A stretch of 57,698 nucleotides of DNA, taken from IMG/VR virus record IMGVR_UViG_3300032053_000088, positions 1 to 57,698 of that record. One strand, given 5' to 3'. Shown in pieces: positions 1-9,077 of the stretch. The notes beneath the pieces were generated by a model. That model saw nothing but the letters and a program-made list of their open reading frames with translations, was not told where the DNA came from and searched no databases. The position numbers and the translations under genes were made by a program. Within the stretch, counting starts at the first letter, position 1. The number at the start of each line of letters is the position of its first letter. Source of the stretch: a virus. Lineage: Duplodnaviria > Caudoviricetes.

Positions 1-140
1 TTAGCGGCCTGGCGATCAAGATCACACTCATCTTGAAGATACTGAGCGGCACCATACATATTGGTCCGACCACTGGATTGCAGGTCAAAGAGATAACGGA
101 AGTTGTCTGCGTTTTCGAGAATTTGTTCTTTTGTTTATTC

Positions 141-170
141 CCACGGCCTTACGACGGCCGGGGGTTTTTT
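141..170 (+). terminator. Intrinsic terminator
   Basis: cggcc-ttacgac-ggccg hairpin followed by T-tract. Confidence 0.6.
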
Positions 171-182
171 GTTTATAGAAAT

Positions 183-212
183 AAAAAAGGGCTGACTCAC
201 AAGAGCCAGCCC
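183..212 (-). terminator. Intrinsic terminator of 230..844 gene
   Basis: gggctg/cagccc stem preceded by A-tract on + strand. Confidence 0.6.
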
Positions 213-229
213 AGGGAACCAAGGAACTT

Positions 230-844
230 CTACTTATTTATCAGGTACTTCTGGAAACTCTGTCTTAACCTTGGGTTTAAGATCAATTGAATTGTTTCAC
301 TATTAATAGGCAATCCACAGTCATAAACATTTTCAGCGACGTTAAGAACTAATGAAACTTCTAACGTTCGTAAAGATCCTTCACTATCAGGTAGATGTTT
401 TACAATCAGAGTTCTCTTCACTAAACGTTGATAATTATCCTCTAGTTGGACCTTAGTCCTATTGATACCAATCTTCTCTACATTACATACTACACCATCT
501 TTGACTAACTCATACTCAATAATACGTTTAGTATTGGCATCCACATCCTCAACGACTTTATAAAAATACGGATTATATACCATACCATTCATCAACACAT
601 GAGCACGGGGTGTCATATAATGCCATTTATTCGATTTCTTTATATTATACACAACCCCATCAACAATACGAAAATCATCAAGAGCAGCATATTCTATTGG
701 TTTTGGTGTTTCGGGTTTAACCGGCGCAGTGTATGGCAGATAATTGGCTGTCGCTACTGGTCTATATCCGGCTAACGGTGGTCCAGCAACAAGATTTAAG
801 GTGGTCACCAGTGTTAGAATTAATACGATATATTGTTTTCTCAT
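230..844 (-). CDS. Hypothetical secreted protein
   Basis: 204-aa ORF with signal-peptide-like N-terminus; TTGACA-N16-TATAGT promoter 6 nt upstream of ATG. Confidence 0.8.
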   Translation of the reverse strand: MRKQYIVLILTLVTTLNLVAGPPLAGYRPVATANYLPYTAPVKPETPKPIEYAALDDFRIVDGVVYNIKKSNKWHYMTPRAHVLMNGMVYNPYFYKVVEDVDANTKRIIEYELVKDGVVCNVEKIGINRTKVQLEDNYQRLVKRTLIVKHLPDSEGSLRTLEVSLVLNVAENVYDCGLPINSETIQLILNPRLRQSFQKYLINK

Positions 845-850
845 GTCGAT

Positions 851-878
851 ACTATACCACAGGTTTATAAAATGTCAA
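851..878 (-). promoter_or_regulatory. Sigma70-type leaderless promoter
   Basis: TTGACA-16nt-TATAGT-6nt-ATG on minus strand. Confidence 0.75.
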
Positions 879-1024
879 TCATTATTTTCAACATTATTTA
901 AACTTACGATACCGTTAAAGTATATGTGCAGATGCCGGTCCCCCATTCTCTGGCCTATTTCAGCCGCATCCAACTATACTCAATTTACCATATCTTTTTA
1001 TATTGTCAAGAGGAAAAATATAAT

Positions 1025-1052
1025 TTGACAAATAGCCGGATTATGGTAAAGT
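1025..1052 (+). promoter_or_regulatory. Sigma70-type leaderless promoter
   Basis: TTGACA-16nt-TAAAGT-6nt-ATG(1059). Confidence 0.7.
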
Positions 1053-1058
1053 ATGGAC

Positions 1059-1352
1059 ATGAACAATGAACTTGAAAATGTTTTGGTCAATATTATCAAT
1101 AAGCAGAAAGCCATTCTGGCTGCACTTGAAGCCCAACTGAACGATCTCCGAAATCCTCGTGCTTATAGCCATGAGGGTCGTCGTTCAGCAGCCGAGTGGT
1201 GCAAAATCACCGGCATTGAAGTTCTTGACCCAGACGGTTGGGACCGGGCCGACGTTAATTTCATGGATAACTGGAACCATAAGCCCATTAGTCATTCTGA
1301 GTTTAAGGCACGGGCCGACATGTCAACATGTAGTCACCGCCGGTTTTCATAA
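1059..1352 (+). CDS. Hypothetical protein
   Basis: ORF; start moved from 1053 to 1059 by promoter geometry. Confidence 0.75.
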   Translation: MNNELENVLVNIINKQKAILAALEAQLNDLRNPRAYSHEGRRSAAEWCKITGIEVLDPDGWDRADVNFMDNWNHKPISHSEFKARADMSTCSHRRFS

Positions 1353-1363
1353 AAGAAAACCAC

Positions 1364-1391
1364 TTGACATTTTATAAAAGTATAGTATACT
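1364..1391 (+). promoter_or_regulatory. Sigma70-type leaderless promoter
   Basis: TTGACA-16nt-TATACT-6nt-ATG. Confidence 0.8.
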
Positions 1392-1397
1392 TCTACT

Positions 1398-1898
1398 ATG
1401 AGACTGAAAGTAGAATCCGAATCCTGGTTCGTCAAACCCGAAATGATGGGTCACAAGTGGGCGGCTGAACAAGTCGCTCTCGTCAAAGAGTTGGTCAACA
1501 AATACACAAGAAAGGCTCAGAAAGAAGTTTTGGATTGGGCCTTTGACTTGGAGTGTACCGACTGGCACTATTGGAACAACGTCGTTTCCAAGAAGTATGT
1601 CGCTCAGGTCCGATACGTTCTCCGTAGGGTTGGTAAGGCAGAGTGGCTCAGTCTACTCTGGCATCACTACGCTACGAGCGGCTGTCTCAAAGACAGTTTG
1701 ACCCGGTATCTTGAACTTCAATCCTACCGAATGCAGCCTGCCGATTACTTTGATAGTTACAAAGTTGTCTATATGGGGCTTGGGATGACTGAAGATGATT
1801 GCCGACAACGGTTTACTGAATACCACGAAAAGTTGGCGAACAAGATGGAATTTGACTTGACAAGTGGAAAGAATGCTTGTAAGTTAATCACGTTATGA
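1398..1898 (+). CDS. Hypothetical protein
   Basis: 166-aa ORF with own promoter. Confidence 0.8.
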   Translation: MRLKVESESWFVKPEMMGHKWAAEQVALVKELVNKYTRKAQKEVLDWAFDLECTDWHYWNNVVSKKYVAQVRYVLRRVGKAEWLSLLWHHYATSGCLKDSLTRYLELQSYRMQPADYFDSYKVVYMGLGMTEDDCRQRFTEYHEKLANKMEFDLTSGKNACKLITL

Positions 1899-1939
1899 GC
1901 CTGACAGCGGGCGGCCAGGGATGAGCCGCCCAATTTTTC

Positions 1940-2001
1940 GGAGTAGGTCCAGGACGGATATTTGTGCACAAAGAATCGGGTTCGAGTCCCGAACTACTCC
2001 A
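1940..2001 (+). ncRNA. Reduced tRNA-like element
   Basis: GGAGTAG/CTACTCC acceptor-like stem; T-arm tcggg-TTCGAGT-cccga; shrunken D and anticodon arms. Confidence 0.5.
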
Positions 2002-2009
2002 GTTTTTTC

Positions 2010-2037
2010 TTGACAAATATAAAAAGTAGAGTATATT
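2010..2037 (+). promoter_or_regulatory. Sigma70-type leaderless promoter
   Basis: TTGACA-16nt-TATATT-6nt-ATG. Confidence 0.8.
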
Positions 2038-2043
2038 CCTACC

Positions 2044-2592
2044 ATGAAAACATTCGGAGTTTCGCCTGAGATTATTAAACAAATTGAGGATAAAATCATC
2101 TGGTGTCTCGAAACAGTTCATATGGCCACCGGTAAACTTCTGGAAGTTCCCACCTGGGAGTTTCGGCAGTCAGGTCAAATTGCTGGTTACGCTGACTGTG
2201 GACAAAACTTTGTTTCGATCAATCCCGATTTCATTAACAACGGACAGGCGGAATATATTGTGGATCAGACCGTTCCCCATGAAGTTGCTCATCTTATTTC
2301 AGTTGCTCTTTACGGACTAGACATGGGGGGGGCCCACAAATACGGTTGGAAGGCTGTAATGAGGATGTTGGGTTGCCCGGCAGATCGTTGCCACAGTTTG
2401 AGTATGGAGGGAGTTAAGACAAAAACAAGAAAACGTTGGGAGTATAAGTGTGTCTGTTGTGGTAAAATTCTTTATCTTACTACCAACAAACATAACAAAA
2501 TTCAAAAGCCTAACTGTTCATCCGCTTTCGTGCACTCCCAGTGTGGACGTAACGGAACTCTCCAGTTCACCGGCAGTCTCAAAGTTCTATAA
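2044..2592 (+). CDS. sprT: SprT-like zinc metalloprotease
   Basis: HEVAH motif, HKYGWK, C-terminal Cys/His zinc ligands. Confidence 0.85.
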   Translation: MKTFGVSPEIIKQIEDKIIWCLETVHMATGKLLEVPTWEFRQSGQIAGYADCGQNFVSINPDFINNGQAEYIVDQTVPHEVAHLISVALYGLDMGGAHKYGWKAVMRMLGCPADRCHSLSMEGVKTKTRKRWEYKCVCCGKILYLTTNKHNKIQKPNCSSAFVHSQCGRNGTLQFTGSLKVL

Positions 2593-2599
2593 AAACAAT

Positions 2600-2627
2600 T
2601 TGACTTTTTATAAAAATAGAGTATATT
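2600..2627 (+). promoter_or_regulatory. Sigma70-type leaderless promoter
   Basis: TTGACT-16nt-TATATT-6nt-ATG. Confidence 0.8.
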
Positions 2628-2633
2628 CTTACC

Positions 2634-3104
2634 ATGAACGAAAAAACGGTATACTCTAAAGAATATAAAGTAGTCGCTCTCAGAGAATGTCCTCTTCCTG
2701 AAAGTCTCCAGTTATGTGATACTCCTGATAAAGCGGCCGAATATTGGAATCTTCACGTTGCACAACATCCCTACTTCAACCCCGAAGTAGAATGTTGCGT
2801 GGCGCTAATGTTGAACACCCGCCGCAAGGTCAAGGGTCATTATCTCATTTCCACCGGTACACTAGATACACTTCTCATTCACCCTAGGGAAGTCTTTCGT
2901 CCGGCCATTGTTGCCTCAGCGGCTTCCGTCATTCTCATGCATAACCACCCAAGCGGCGATGCATCGCCGTCGGAGGCGGATATCAAAGTTACCCGTGATA
3001 TGGTTCGCGCTGGTCAATTGTTGAAAATCGAACTATTGGATCATGTTATTGTTGGTATCAATACCCATGCTTCTCTCAGAGGACTTGGTTATATTCAATG
3101 CTAA
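2634..3104 (+). CDS. radC: RadC-like JAB/MPN domain protein
   Basis: HPREVF, HNHPSGD-SPSEAD and LLDHVIVG motifs. Confidence 0.92.
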   Translation: MNEKTVYSKEYKVVALRECPLPESLQLCDTPDKAAEYWNLHVAQHPYFNPEVECCVALMLNTRRKVKGHYLISTGTLDTLLIHPREVFRPAIVASAASVILMHNHPSGDASPSEADIKVTRDMVRAGQLLKIELLDHVIVGINTHASLRGLGYIQC

Positions 3105-3111
3105 AAAGAAT

Positions 3112-3139
3112 TTGACTTTCTCTAAAAATAGAGTATAAT
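3112..3139 (+). promoter_or_regulatory. Sigma70-type leaderless promoter
   Basis: TTGACT-16nt-TATAAT-6nt-ATG. Confidence 0.8.
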
Positions 3140-3145
3140 ATCAGC

Positions 3146-3379
3146 ATGAATATTTTGTTGGATCAAGCTGAAAAATGGTTGAAGGAATTAGGAATTTCCA
3201 CCATTAGAATTGACGGCGGCGACCTTGCCGTTAGCCGTAAGGACATGGTTAATCTCCTTGGTTCAGACGAAGATAAAACTTATGGGGAAATATTGAAAGA
3301 ATTGAAATCAGGTTGTTATTCTAACAAGTTCTGTTGGATGGGCAAGGATGATGATTATCTTTATCTTGGTTGTTTCTAA
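3146..3379 (+). CDS. Hypothetical protein
   Basis: 77-aa ORF with own promoter. Confidence 0.75.
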   Translation: MNILLDQAEKWLKELGISTIRIDGGDLAVSRKDMVNLLGSDEDKTYGEILKELKSGCYSNKFCWMGKDDDYLYLGCF

Positions 3380-3633
3380 TGATATACGAACCAAAATTCC
3401 GTCTGGGTCAAACCGTGAAAGTTGTTCTTCATGGGTTTATGGATGGGTTCCCGCTTGATACTACTTGTGACGGTTGGATAATATCAATCGAAATCAAGAA
3501 AATCTCGCCTCATAGTGTATATCATTATCAATATGGTATTAGTTCCTCTAATCCGGCAGAAGTAGGAAGTGTTGAAATTTGTATTAAAAGAACTGAGGAT
3601 GAACTATTTGAATTAAATCCGATTTGCCCTTGA
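3379..3633 (+). CDS. Hypothetical protein
   Basis: TAATG overlap with upstream stop. Confidence 0.65.
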   Translation: MIYEPKFRLGQTVKVVLHGFMDGFPLDTTCDGWIISIEIKKISPHSVYHYQYGISSSNPAEVGSVEICIKRTEDELFELNPICP

Positions 3634-3657
3634 CTTTCTATAAAAGTGTAGTACAAT
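3630..3657 (+). promoter_or_regulatory. Sigma70-type leaderless promoter
   Basis: TTGACT-16nt-TACAAT-6nt-ATG. Confidence 0.75.
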
Positions 3658-3663
3658 AACATC

Positions 3664-3813
3664 ATGGAAATTACAATTACTTTCTCCGAAGACTGCCTCA
3701 AGGACATTATCAAGATTCTTAACAGCGTCTCCAGTAATGAAGTGGTCACCAGTGGGAGGATGGGGAGCGTAAGGAAAGATTATAAATCACCCCCATATGG
3801 GGCCACCAGCTAG
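3664..3813 (+). CDS. Small hypothetical protein (49 aa)
   Basis: ORF MEITITFSEDCLKDIIK...; same promoter geometry as neighbours. Confidence 0.55.
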   Translation: MEITITFSEDCLKDIIKILNSVSSNEVVTSGRMGSVRKDYKSPPYGATS

Positions 3814-4130
3814 GGGCTTAAAAACCCTAAAAAACCCCCTAAAACCCCCACGTACGGGACAGCGGGGGTGGCCTTCTTGATAGGGGTCGCGAGGGGGCTG
3901 CGACACCCCCTCTTACCAGTTCGCTATACGGGGCCAACTTTTCCCGAAAAAAGAAATAAGTATTCATGGGTAGAACGCAACTCGGTTATCCAACAATTTT
4001 AAAATTTTTCCCCGTGCCAATAATTTTCAACCATTGACATACGTATCTACTTATGATATATTGATGTCAAATGGAAAAGAAATATAACATATGTTAAAAA
4101 AGCGATCCCCCCCCATGCTGCGATCCCACA

Positions 4131-5069
4131 TTGTTTTTATTTCATACCGTTTTCATGTCGTCACATGCCAGTCGGCGCCGATTTTACGTCAACAACCCTT
4201 CTTCACCTATGAACAACAAAATATCCCCTCCTTCTCCGCCACCGAAATCGCTACCTTTCAATATGTGGTTCAAGGATGTTGATGATGATGATGATAACAT
4301 TTTATGTGGTACCACAACAACCGCTGCTCCTCCTCAAACAAATACAGATATATATACAGATACATTCGATTTCCCCGTCACATTTGGTGCGATGCCAACT
4401 TGTCCTGTTCGTCTATTATATGAAAAAACGTGCGTGCTTCATGAAATGACAAGTAGAGGCAATCCGCATCCCAACCCCAATGATAAAATATTTTGTGAAG
4501 CGGTGGAGGATTTTAATAGAAAACAAACATCGATATTTCAATCTAATGGAATCATTTCCGGTAAAACGTTTAATCTTTCAATGGTTCCAGTGCCTATGGC
4601 TTATAAAGATATTTTACGAATCAACGATTCGTCTATATATGTTCCTTCTTATGACGCATCGAACGGCTATACGACTTTTTTAAATGTAAACTTGATAGGC
4701 ATGGGAATTAGTATGTGTATGTCTCCGCGGGGTGTTGCAGCGCCTCGTGTAGTTAGTTATGTTAAAGATTATGGATATGGTAATTTAAATACTCCGGAAT
4801 GGTTGGATAATTGTGAGGTGGATGAGTGTTATTTTTATTTAAAGGTTCAGTATAGATATCCGGCGTCAAAGGTTAATATGGAAACAGAAAAGAAACAAAT
4901 AGAATATAGTTTTAATGAATATTTAAACCGCGGGTTTTTGTATTTTACTGGAGATGTGGAGGTCGATGACTATGGTGAAGTTATAAAAAGTTTGACCATT
5001 AAGAGTCTCCGTTATAAACATACATTTGCCGGGCGGTTTCTTCCTTCGGATTTTGGGGTGTTGGTGTGA
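4131..5069 (+). CDS. Hypothetical protein (true start probably downstream)
   Basis: Long ORF. Confidence 0.65.
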   Translation: MFLFHTVFMSSHASRRRFYVNNPSSPMNNKISPPSPPPKSLPFNMWFKDVDDDDDNILCGTTTTAAPPQTNTDIYTDTFDFPVTFGAMPTCPVRLLYEKTCVLHEMTSRGNPHPNPNDKIFCEAVEDFNRKQTSIFQSNGIISGKTFNLSMVPVPMAYKDILRINDSSIYVPSYDASNGYTTFLNVNLIGMGISMCMSPRGVAAPRVVSYVKDYGYGNLNTPEWLDNCEVDECYFYLKVQYRYPASKVNMETEKKQIEYSFNEYLNRGFLYFTGDVEVDDYGEVIKSLTIKSLRYKHTFAGRFLPSDFGVLV

Positions 5070-5110
5070 TGACAAATGTTGTTGTTATCTGGGCAAATTG
5101 TAGTAAATAA

Positions 5111-5743
5111 GTGTACAATTGTATGTTTATACCGAACGATAAACTATTGAATGATTATGTGTATAAAGTTGCCATCTACTTTCCTACACAAATTTTGGGT
5201 ATATCGGTATCTATGGATTCTCAGGGAAGACCATTGCACAATAGTTCTAGTGCAACGTATTATGCCGCAGTTGAAAGATTAAAAGAAAATATAAACAAAA
5301 ATGACGGTGTTCTTTTTGGTTCTTTTCATAATTCTTGTGAATGGGTTAATCATGATATGAATACTTCTGATTTTTGTATCTGTGAAGTTAGTGGTGTTCA
5401 CAGAGAAACCAAAACACAGGGTCGGCAGAGATTGTTCGTGGAAGCGAGCATGAAGTTGTTAAATACCACATGTGGCATTACTTTAAGTATGGCAACAGGT
5501 AATGAAAATAAAGTGTTGTATTTTTTTCGCGGAGATGCCTATACCTCAGATGGTGGACAAATATATGATTTAGATATAAAATATGTGAGCGCGGTAATTC
5601 CTTTAATAGAGAGCGGTAAAACGTATCTTAAAAAAATGTTTAACGAATCGTTGTTGAAACGAGGGTGTACTATCCTTAGTAATATTCCTGAAAAAGACGT
5701 AGCTGATGAGATTGTTAAAATGTTGTCTCACGAAGTAATTTAA
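5111..5743 (+). CDS. Hypothetical protein
   Basis: 210-aa ORF. Confidence 0.65.
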   Translation: MYNCMFIPNDKLLNDYVYKVAIYFPTQILGISVSMDSQGRPLHNSSSATYYAAVERLKENINKNDGVLFGSFHNSCEWVNHDMNTSDFCICEVSGVHRETKTQGRQRLFVEASMKLLNTTCGITLSMATGNENKVLYFFRGDAYTSDGGQIYDLDIKYVSAVIPLIESGKTYLKKMFNESLLKRGCTILSNIPEKDVADEIVKMLSHEVI

Positions 5744-5774
5744 CGAAAACTGTATAATATTTATACTTTGACAT

Positions 5775-6269
5775 ATGTATGGATTAATCAAAATATTATA
5801 CGATTATGAAAAACGACTAACGTTTGAGAATTTGTATGTTAATTCAGATTTAGCAGACCAATTTCTTCTAAGAGCTACTTTAGCTGCTTCATTAAAGGAT
5901 TGTCCAAAGTTATTACCATCCAACGGAACAGATTGGATATTATGCACTCTTTGTCAGTTTAATAAAACGGAGGAGGATACAGCCCGAGTTTTTCAATCCT
6001 TGATGACAATGCTATTTGAAGTGCGTGATATCGGTGTTTTAAATAGCAAGATAGAGATTAGGCCAGCATCGGAAATAGCGGATAGTTGTTTGGTTAACAT
6101 CGGTTTATTTAAATCCAAAGTTGAAATGATGTGTAAACGAAGAGGGGCACCATCTGTAGAATATTATTCACATTTAGGGTCGTTAGCGTTTCACCAAATA
6201 GGATATGATGGTATTGCTGATGATTTTAATGGGTGGACAGATTTTTTGGAGAAAGAATTTACATTATGA
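5775..6269 (+). CDS. Hypothetical protein
   Basis: 164-aa ORF, TATTTATA motif upstream. Confidence 0.75.
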   Translation: MYGLIKILYDYEKRLTFENLYVNSDLADQFLLRATLAASLKDCPKLLPSNGTDWILCTLCQFNKTEEDTARVFQSLMTMLFEVRDIGVLNSKIEIRPASEIADSCLVNIGLFKSKVEMMCKRRGAPSVEYYSHLGSLAFHQIGYDGIADDFNGWTDFLEKEFTL

Positions 6270-6712
6270 TGATTTATCATTCATACGAAAGTAATAAAGG
6301 ATTTGATATAAACAAGATGGATTACGAACGGGGAATTTTCGCTATGGAACCGTGGTGGGTAGGTAAGCCTAAATATGAAAAATATTCACAGTGGTATCCA
6401 AATGAGTTTGGAGACGCTGTGGTTGAACTTGATATTGATGAAAATGTTAAAACGTATAAAATCGGAGAACAGATAGATGCTTTGACGGAGTTGTTTCCAA
6501 ATCGTCCAGAAGTTCAACAAATAATTGATAAATATGAATCTGGAAATTGGAGCCGAGAGGATTGGCAAAAGTTAGATAAAGCGATAGGTAAAAGGTTAAG
6601 AAAAATGGGATACAAGTTAATTCATTATACTGACGATCCCATGTATGGGGATGTTTGGGTAATAGTGAATAAGGACGTAATCGAAGGAGTCAAATACCCA
6701 CCGAAAGGATGA
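6266..6712 (+). CDS. Hypothetical protein
   Basis: ATGA overlap with upstream gene. Confidence 0.7.
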   Translation: MMIYHSYESNKGFDINKMDYERGIFAMEPWWVGKPKYEKYSQWYPNEFGDAVVELDIDENVKTYKIGEQIDALTELFPNRPEVQQIIDKYESGNWSREDWQKLDKAIGKRLRKMGYKLIHYTDDPMYGDVWVIVNKDVIEGVKYPPKG

Positions 6713-6715
6713 TAC

Positions 6716-7033
6716 ATGAAAAAATTATTTGTTTTGTTATTTTCTATAATGATGGTGTTAATAACGAGCGGTTGTGAAACTACTGGCGTAGTTTATTATG
6801 GCCCGGTTCCACCTCCGGTAGTATGGGTTGAACCAGCTCCTTTCCCGTTTATTTTTTACGCCACACCACCATATCATTATCGTCATTACAATGATTATTA
6901 TCATCGTAATCCGGTTGTAATCCAACGACCTCCTGTTATTATAAATAGGGCGCCGCCGCCAAGGGTGTCACCACCACAAAGACCACCAACAATTATTAGA
7001 CCTCAACCTCCACAGAGATCACCACGTAGATAA
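6716..7033 (+). CDS. Proline-rich lipoprotein
   Basis: Hydrophobic N-terminus, lipobox-like TSGC, Pro/Arg-rich tail. Confidence 0.7.
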   Translation: MKKLFVLLFSIMMVLITSGCETTGVVYYGPVPPPVVWVEPAPFPFIFYATPPYHYRHYNDYYHRNPVVIQRPPVIINRAPPPRVSPPQRPPTIIRPQPPQRSPRR

Positions 7034-7076
7034 TAAATGTTGACATTTGGTTGGTTTGTAGTATACTTATTTATAT

Positions 7077-7472
7077 GGGGCTGTAATGGTTTCGATCAAG
7101 ATCTTTGAATATTGAGAGCATGTAGTAGTTGGTCAGTTGGCTACTTAAAAAGCAGACTAAAAATCAAATGCCAAACTTAATCGTTTAGCTAACGTCGATT
7201 TCGCATTCGACATGAATGCTGAAGTTGCCGAAGCAGTAGCTTAAGGTTACTCCGTCATATCAGGCGATATCTGATAACTTGGTATGGCGTTAATTATCAG
7301 AGGTAGGGTGATTATTTAGATTTTTATAATTACTTGAAATTAAAAATTGAAATCTCGGTGCGTAATGACTTTTGTTAAGTTAGTCCATCTCACCTAAATT
7401 AAAACTTAAATAAACATGTAGTGCTTGATATAATAAGAATTTGACACGCGGGTTCGACTCCCGCCAGCTCCA
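7077..7472 (+). ncRNA. ssrA: tmRNA; tag reading frame 7170-7244 AKLNRLANVDFAFDMNAEVAEAVA*
   Basis: GGGGCTG/CAGCTCC acceptor with G3.U70, ggtttcga 5' motif, T-arm gcggg-TTCGACT-cccgc, tag ending AVA; promoter at 7040-7067. Confidence 0.92.
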
Positions 7473-7583
7473 GTTCGTAATGATTGACGCCTCCACGCGG
7501 CTACGAATGGATAACGCTAAGATCAATCTTTTATGGTATTATTTTCCATCTTCATTATATTTATAATTGTAGAATAATATCAT

Positions 7584-7928
7584 ATGGAAAAAACTAAACT
7601 AAAAAACTTGTTAGAATCTCTTGTTAAGGAGATATTAAATGAAGAATTAGTTAATTTAGAACGACTTCAAGCGGGCGTATCAAGATCTACAACAATATTA
7701 GGTAAACACTGGACAAATATGATTCAATCTCTGGAAGGTGTTTATGATGATGTAAAAGATTTCCACGATCTATATGTGACTGCTAAACAACCTCCTTCCG
7801 TTGAAGTCATCAAAAATGTTCAGACCAAGTTGGACCAAGTTATTAAACTTTTGGAAGAAATTCGGCCCGTCATAGTTCAGTTAGATAAAATTCAACGAGA
7901 AGATTTATACAACGAAGGAAAAGAATAA
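7584..7928 (+). CDS. Hypothetical protein, possible internal virion protein
   Basis: N-terminal K.KLKNLLESLVKE motif; TATTTATA upstream. Confidence 0.75.
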   Translation: MEKTKLKNLLESLVKEILNEELVNLERLQAGVSRSTTILGKHWTNMIQSLEGVYDDVKDFHDLYVTAKQPPSVEVIKNVQTKLDQVIKLLEEIRPVIVQLDKIQREDLYNEGKE

Positions 7929-7932
7929 TATA

Positions 7933-8277
7933 ATGAAAATTTCTGATTTAAAAAGAGCTATTAAAGAGTGTATCGTTGATATGGTTAATGAAATCGCAGA
8001 GGATGATCTTAACGCTAAACTCGATAGATTAATGGCAGTATCTCCTAACCTAAAACATAATCTTAAAAAGTTGAGAGCGGAACCTGTTGGATCTGGGTCT
8101 ACGTGGGCCGTTGTTCTTTATGATAAGAGAGACAACAAAATCATTTTAGTTGGTGGTCTTGATCAAAACGCTGCCAAAGGTATGCTTCCACAAATTAAAG
8201 ATATTGTGTTGGCTAAGTTTGGTGTAAAGAAAGATGATTCTTCATCCACCGATACGTCGTTTTTTGTGAAGGAATAA
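7933..8277 (+). CDS. Hypothetical protein, possible internal virion protein
   Basis: N-terminal MKISDLKRAIKE motif. Confidence 0.75.
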   Translation: MKISDLKRAIKECIVDMVNEIAEDDLNAKLDRLMAVSPNLKHNLKKLRAEPVGSGSTWAVVLYDKRDNKIILVGGLDQNAAKGMLPQIKDIVLAKFGVKKDDSSSTDTSFFVKE

Positions 8278-8302
8278 TTTCGCTCCGCTCGCTCGCCCAC
8301 AG

Positions 8303-8334
8303 CCGCCGGTAGAGAAATTTACCGGCGGATTTTT
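8303..8334 (+). terminator. Intrinsic terminator
   Basis: ccgccggta/taccggcgg stem plus T-tract. Confidence 0.7.
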
Positions 8335-8357
8335 ATTATAAACTCTATTTATTTTAT

Positions 8358-8951
8358 ATGACATACCACATCAATAGTCCGGAAGTTCAGGAAATAGCGA
8401 AACTCGCTTTTCCAGATTATACAGGCAAAAAATTTAAAGTATCCGCTTTTAGCGGCCCGATGGATTTAACATCATATTGGGATGGTGGGTCCAGATCTTA
8501 TTATGCTATAGTTAATTTATCCACCAATAAGGTCAAATCTGTTCCTGAAAATGGTAGCATGCAGACAAGAAAATCGTTTAGGATCACCAAGTTGCCTCCA
8601 AATTTTGCGGTGGTGGAAAATTCGATTTTTATGGGAAAAGATTCTGGTATAACCATTCATATCAATACTGAAAATATTTCCAAGATGTTACCGCCGGCCG
8701 ATGAAGTATCGTGGGCTGAAAAAGTAGTATTGTCGGCAACCAGATCGTTCAAGTCGAGTTATGCCGGTATAAAAGATTATCGTTTTCATGAAGCGTTAAA
8801 AGATACTGGTATCAACAAACAAGAATGGGATGACGCTAAGAAATCTCTGATTGATAAGGGTATGTTAAACAAGGCTGGTGCTATTACTGATAAAGGAAGA
8901 AATACTATAGGTAGAACAGACCTTCGTGATCTAAAAGATAAACCACAATAA
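8358..8951 (+). CDS. Hypothetical protein
   Basis: 197-aa ORF. Confidence 0.8.
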   Translation: MTYHINSPEVQEIAKLAFPDYTGKKFKVSAFSGPMDLTSYWDGGSRSYYAIVNLSTNKVKSVPENGSMQTRKSFRITKLPPNFAVVENSIFMGKDSGITIHINTENISKMLPPADEVSWAEKVVLSATRSFKSSYAGIKDYRFHEALKDTGINKQEWDDAKKSLIDKGMLNKAGAITDKGRNTIGRTDLRDLKDKPQ

Positions 8952-8971
8952 TATAATATCTAAATTTAAAG

Positions 8972-9001
8972 ACCGCTAGCAGAAATGTTGGCGGTTTTTT
9001 T
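8972..9001 (+). terminator. Intrinsic terminator
   Basis: accgctagca/tgttggcggt stem plus T-tract. Confidence 0.7.
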
Positions 9002-9077
9002 GTTTATTAGATATGTATTGTCATACACACAGAGTTGAAAAATACTCTATAACACAGATACACAGAAAGGCAGTTTT

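Noticed and set aside
33-290. 85-aa plus-strand ORF
   Set aside because: Crosses two opposed terminators and overlaps the end of the minus-strand gene.
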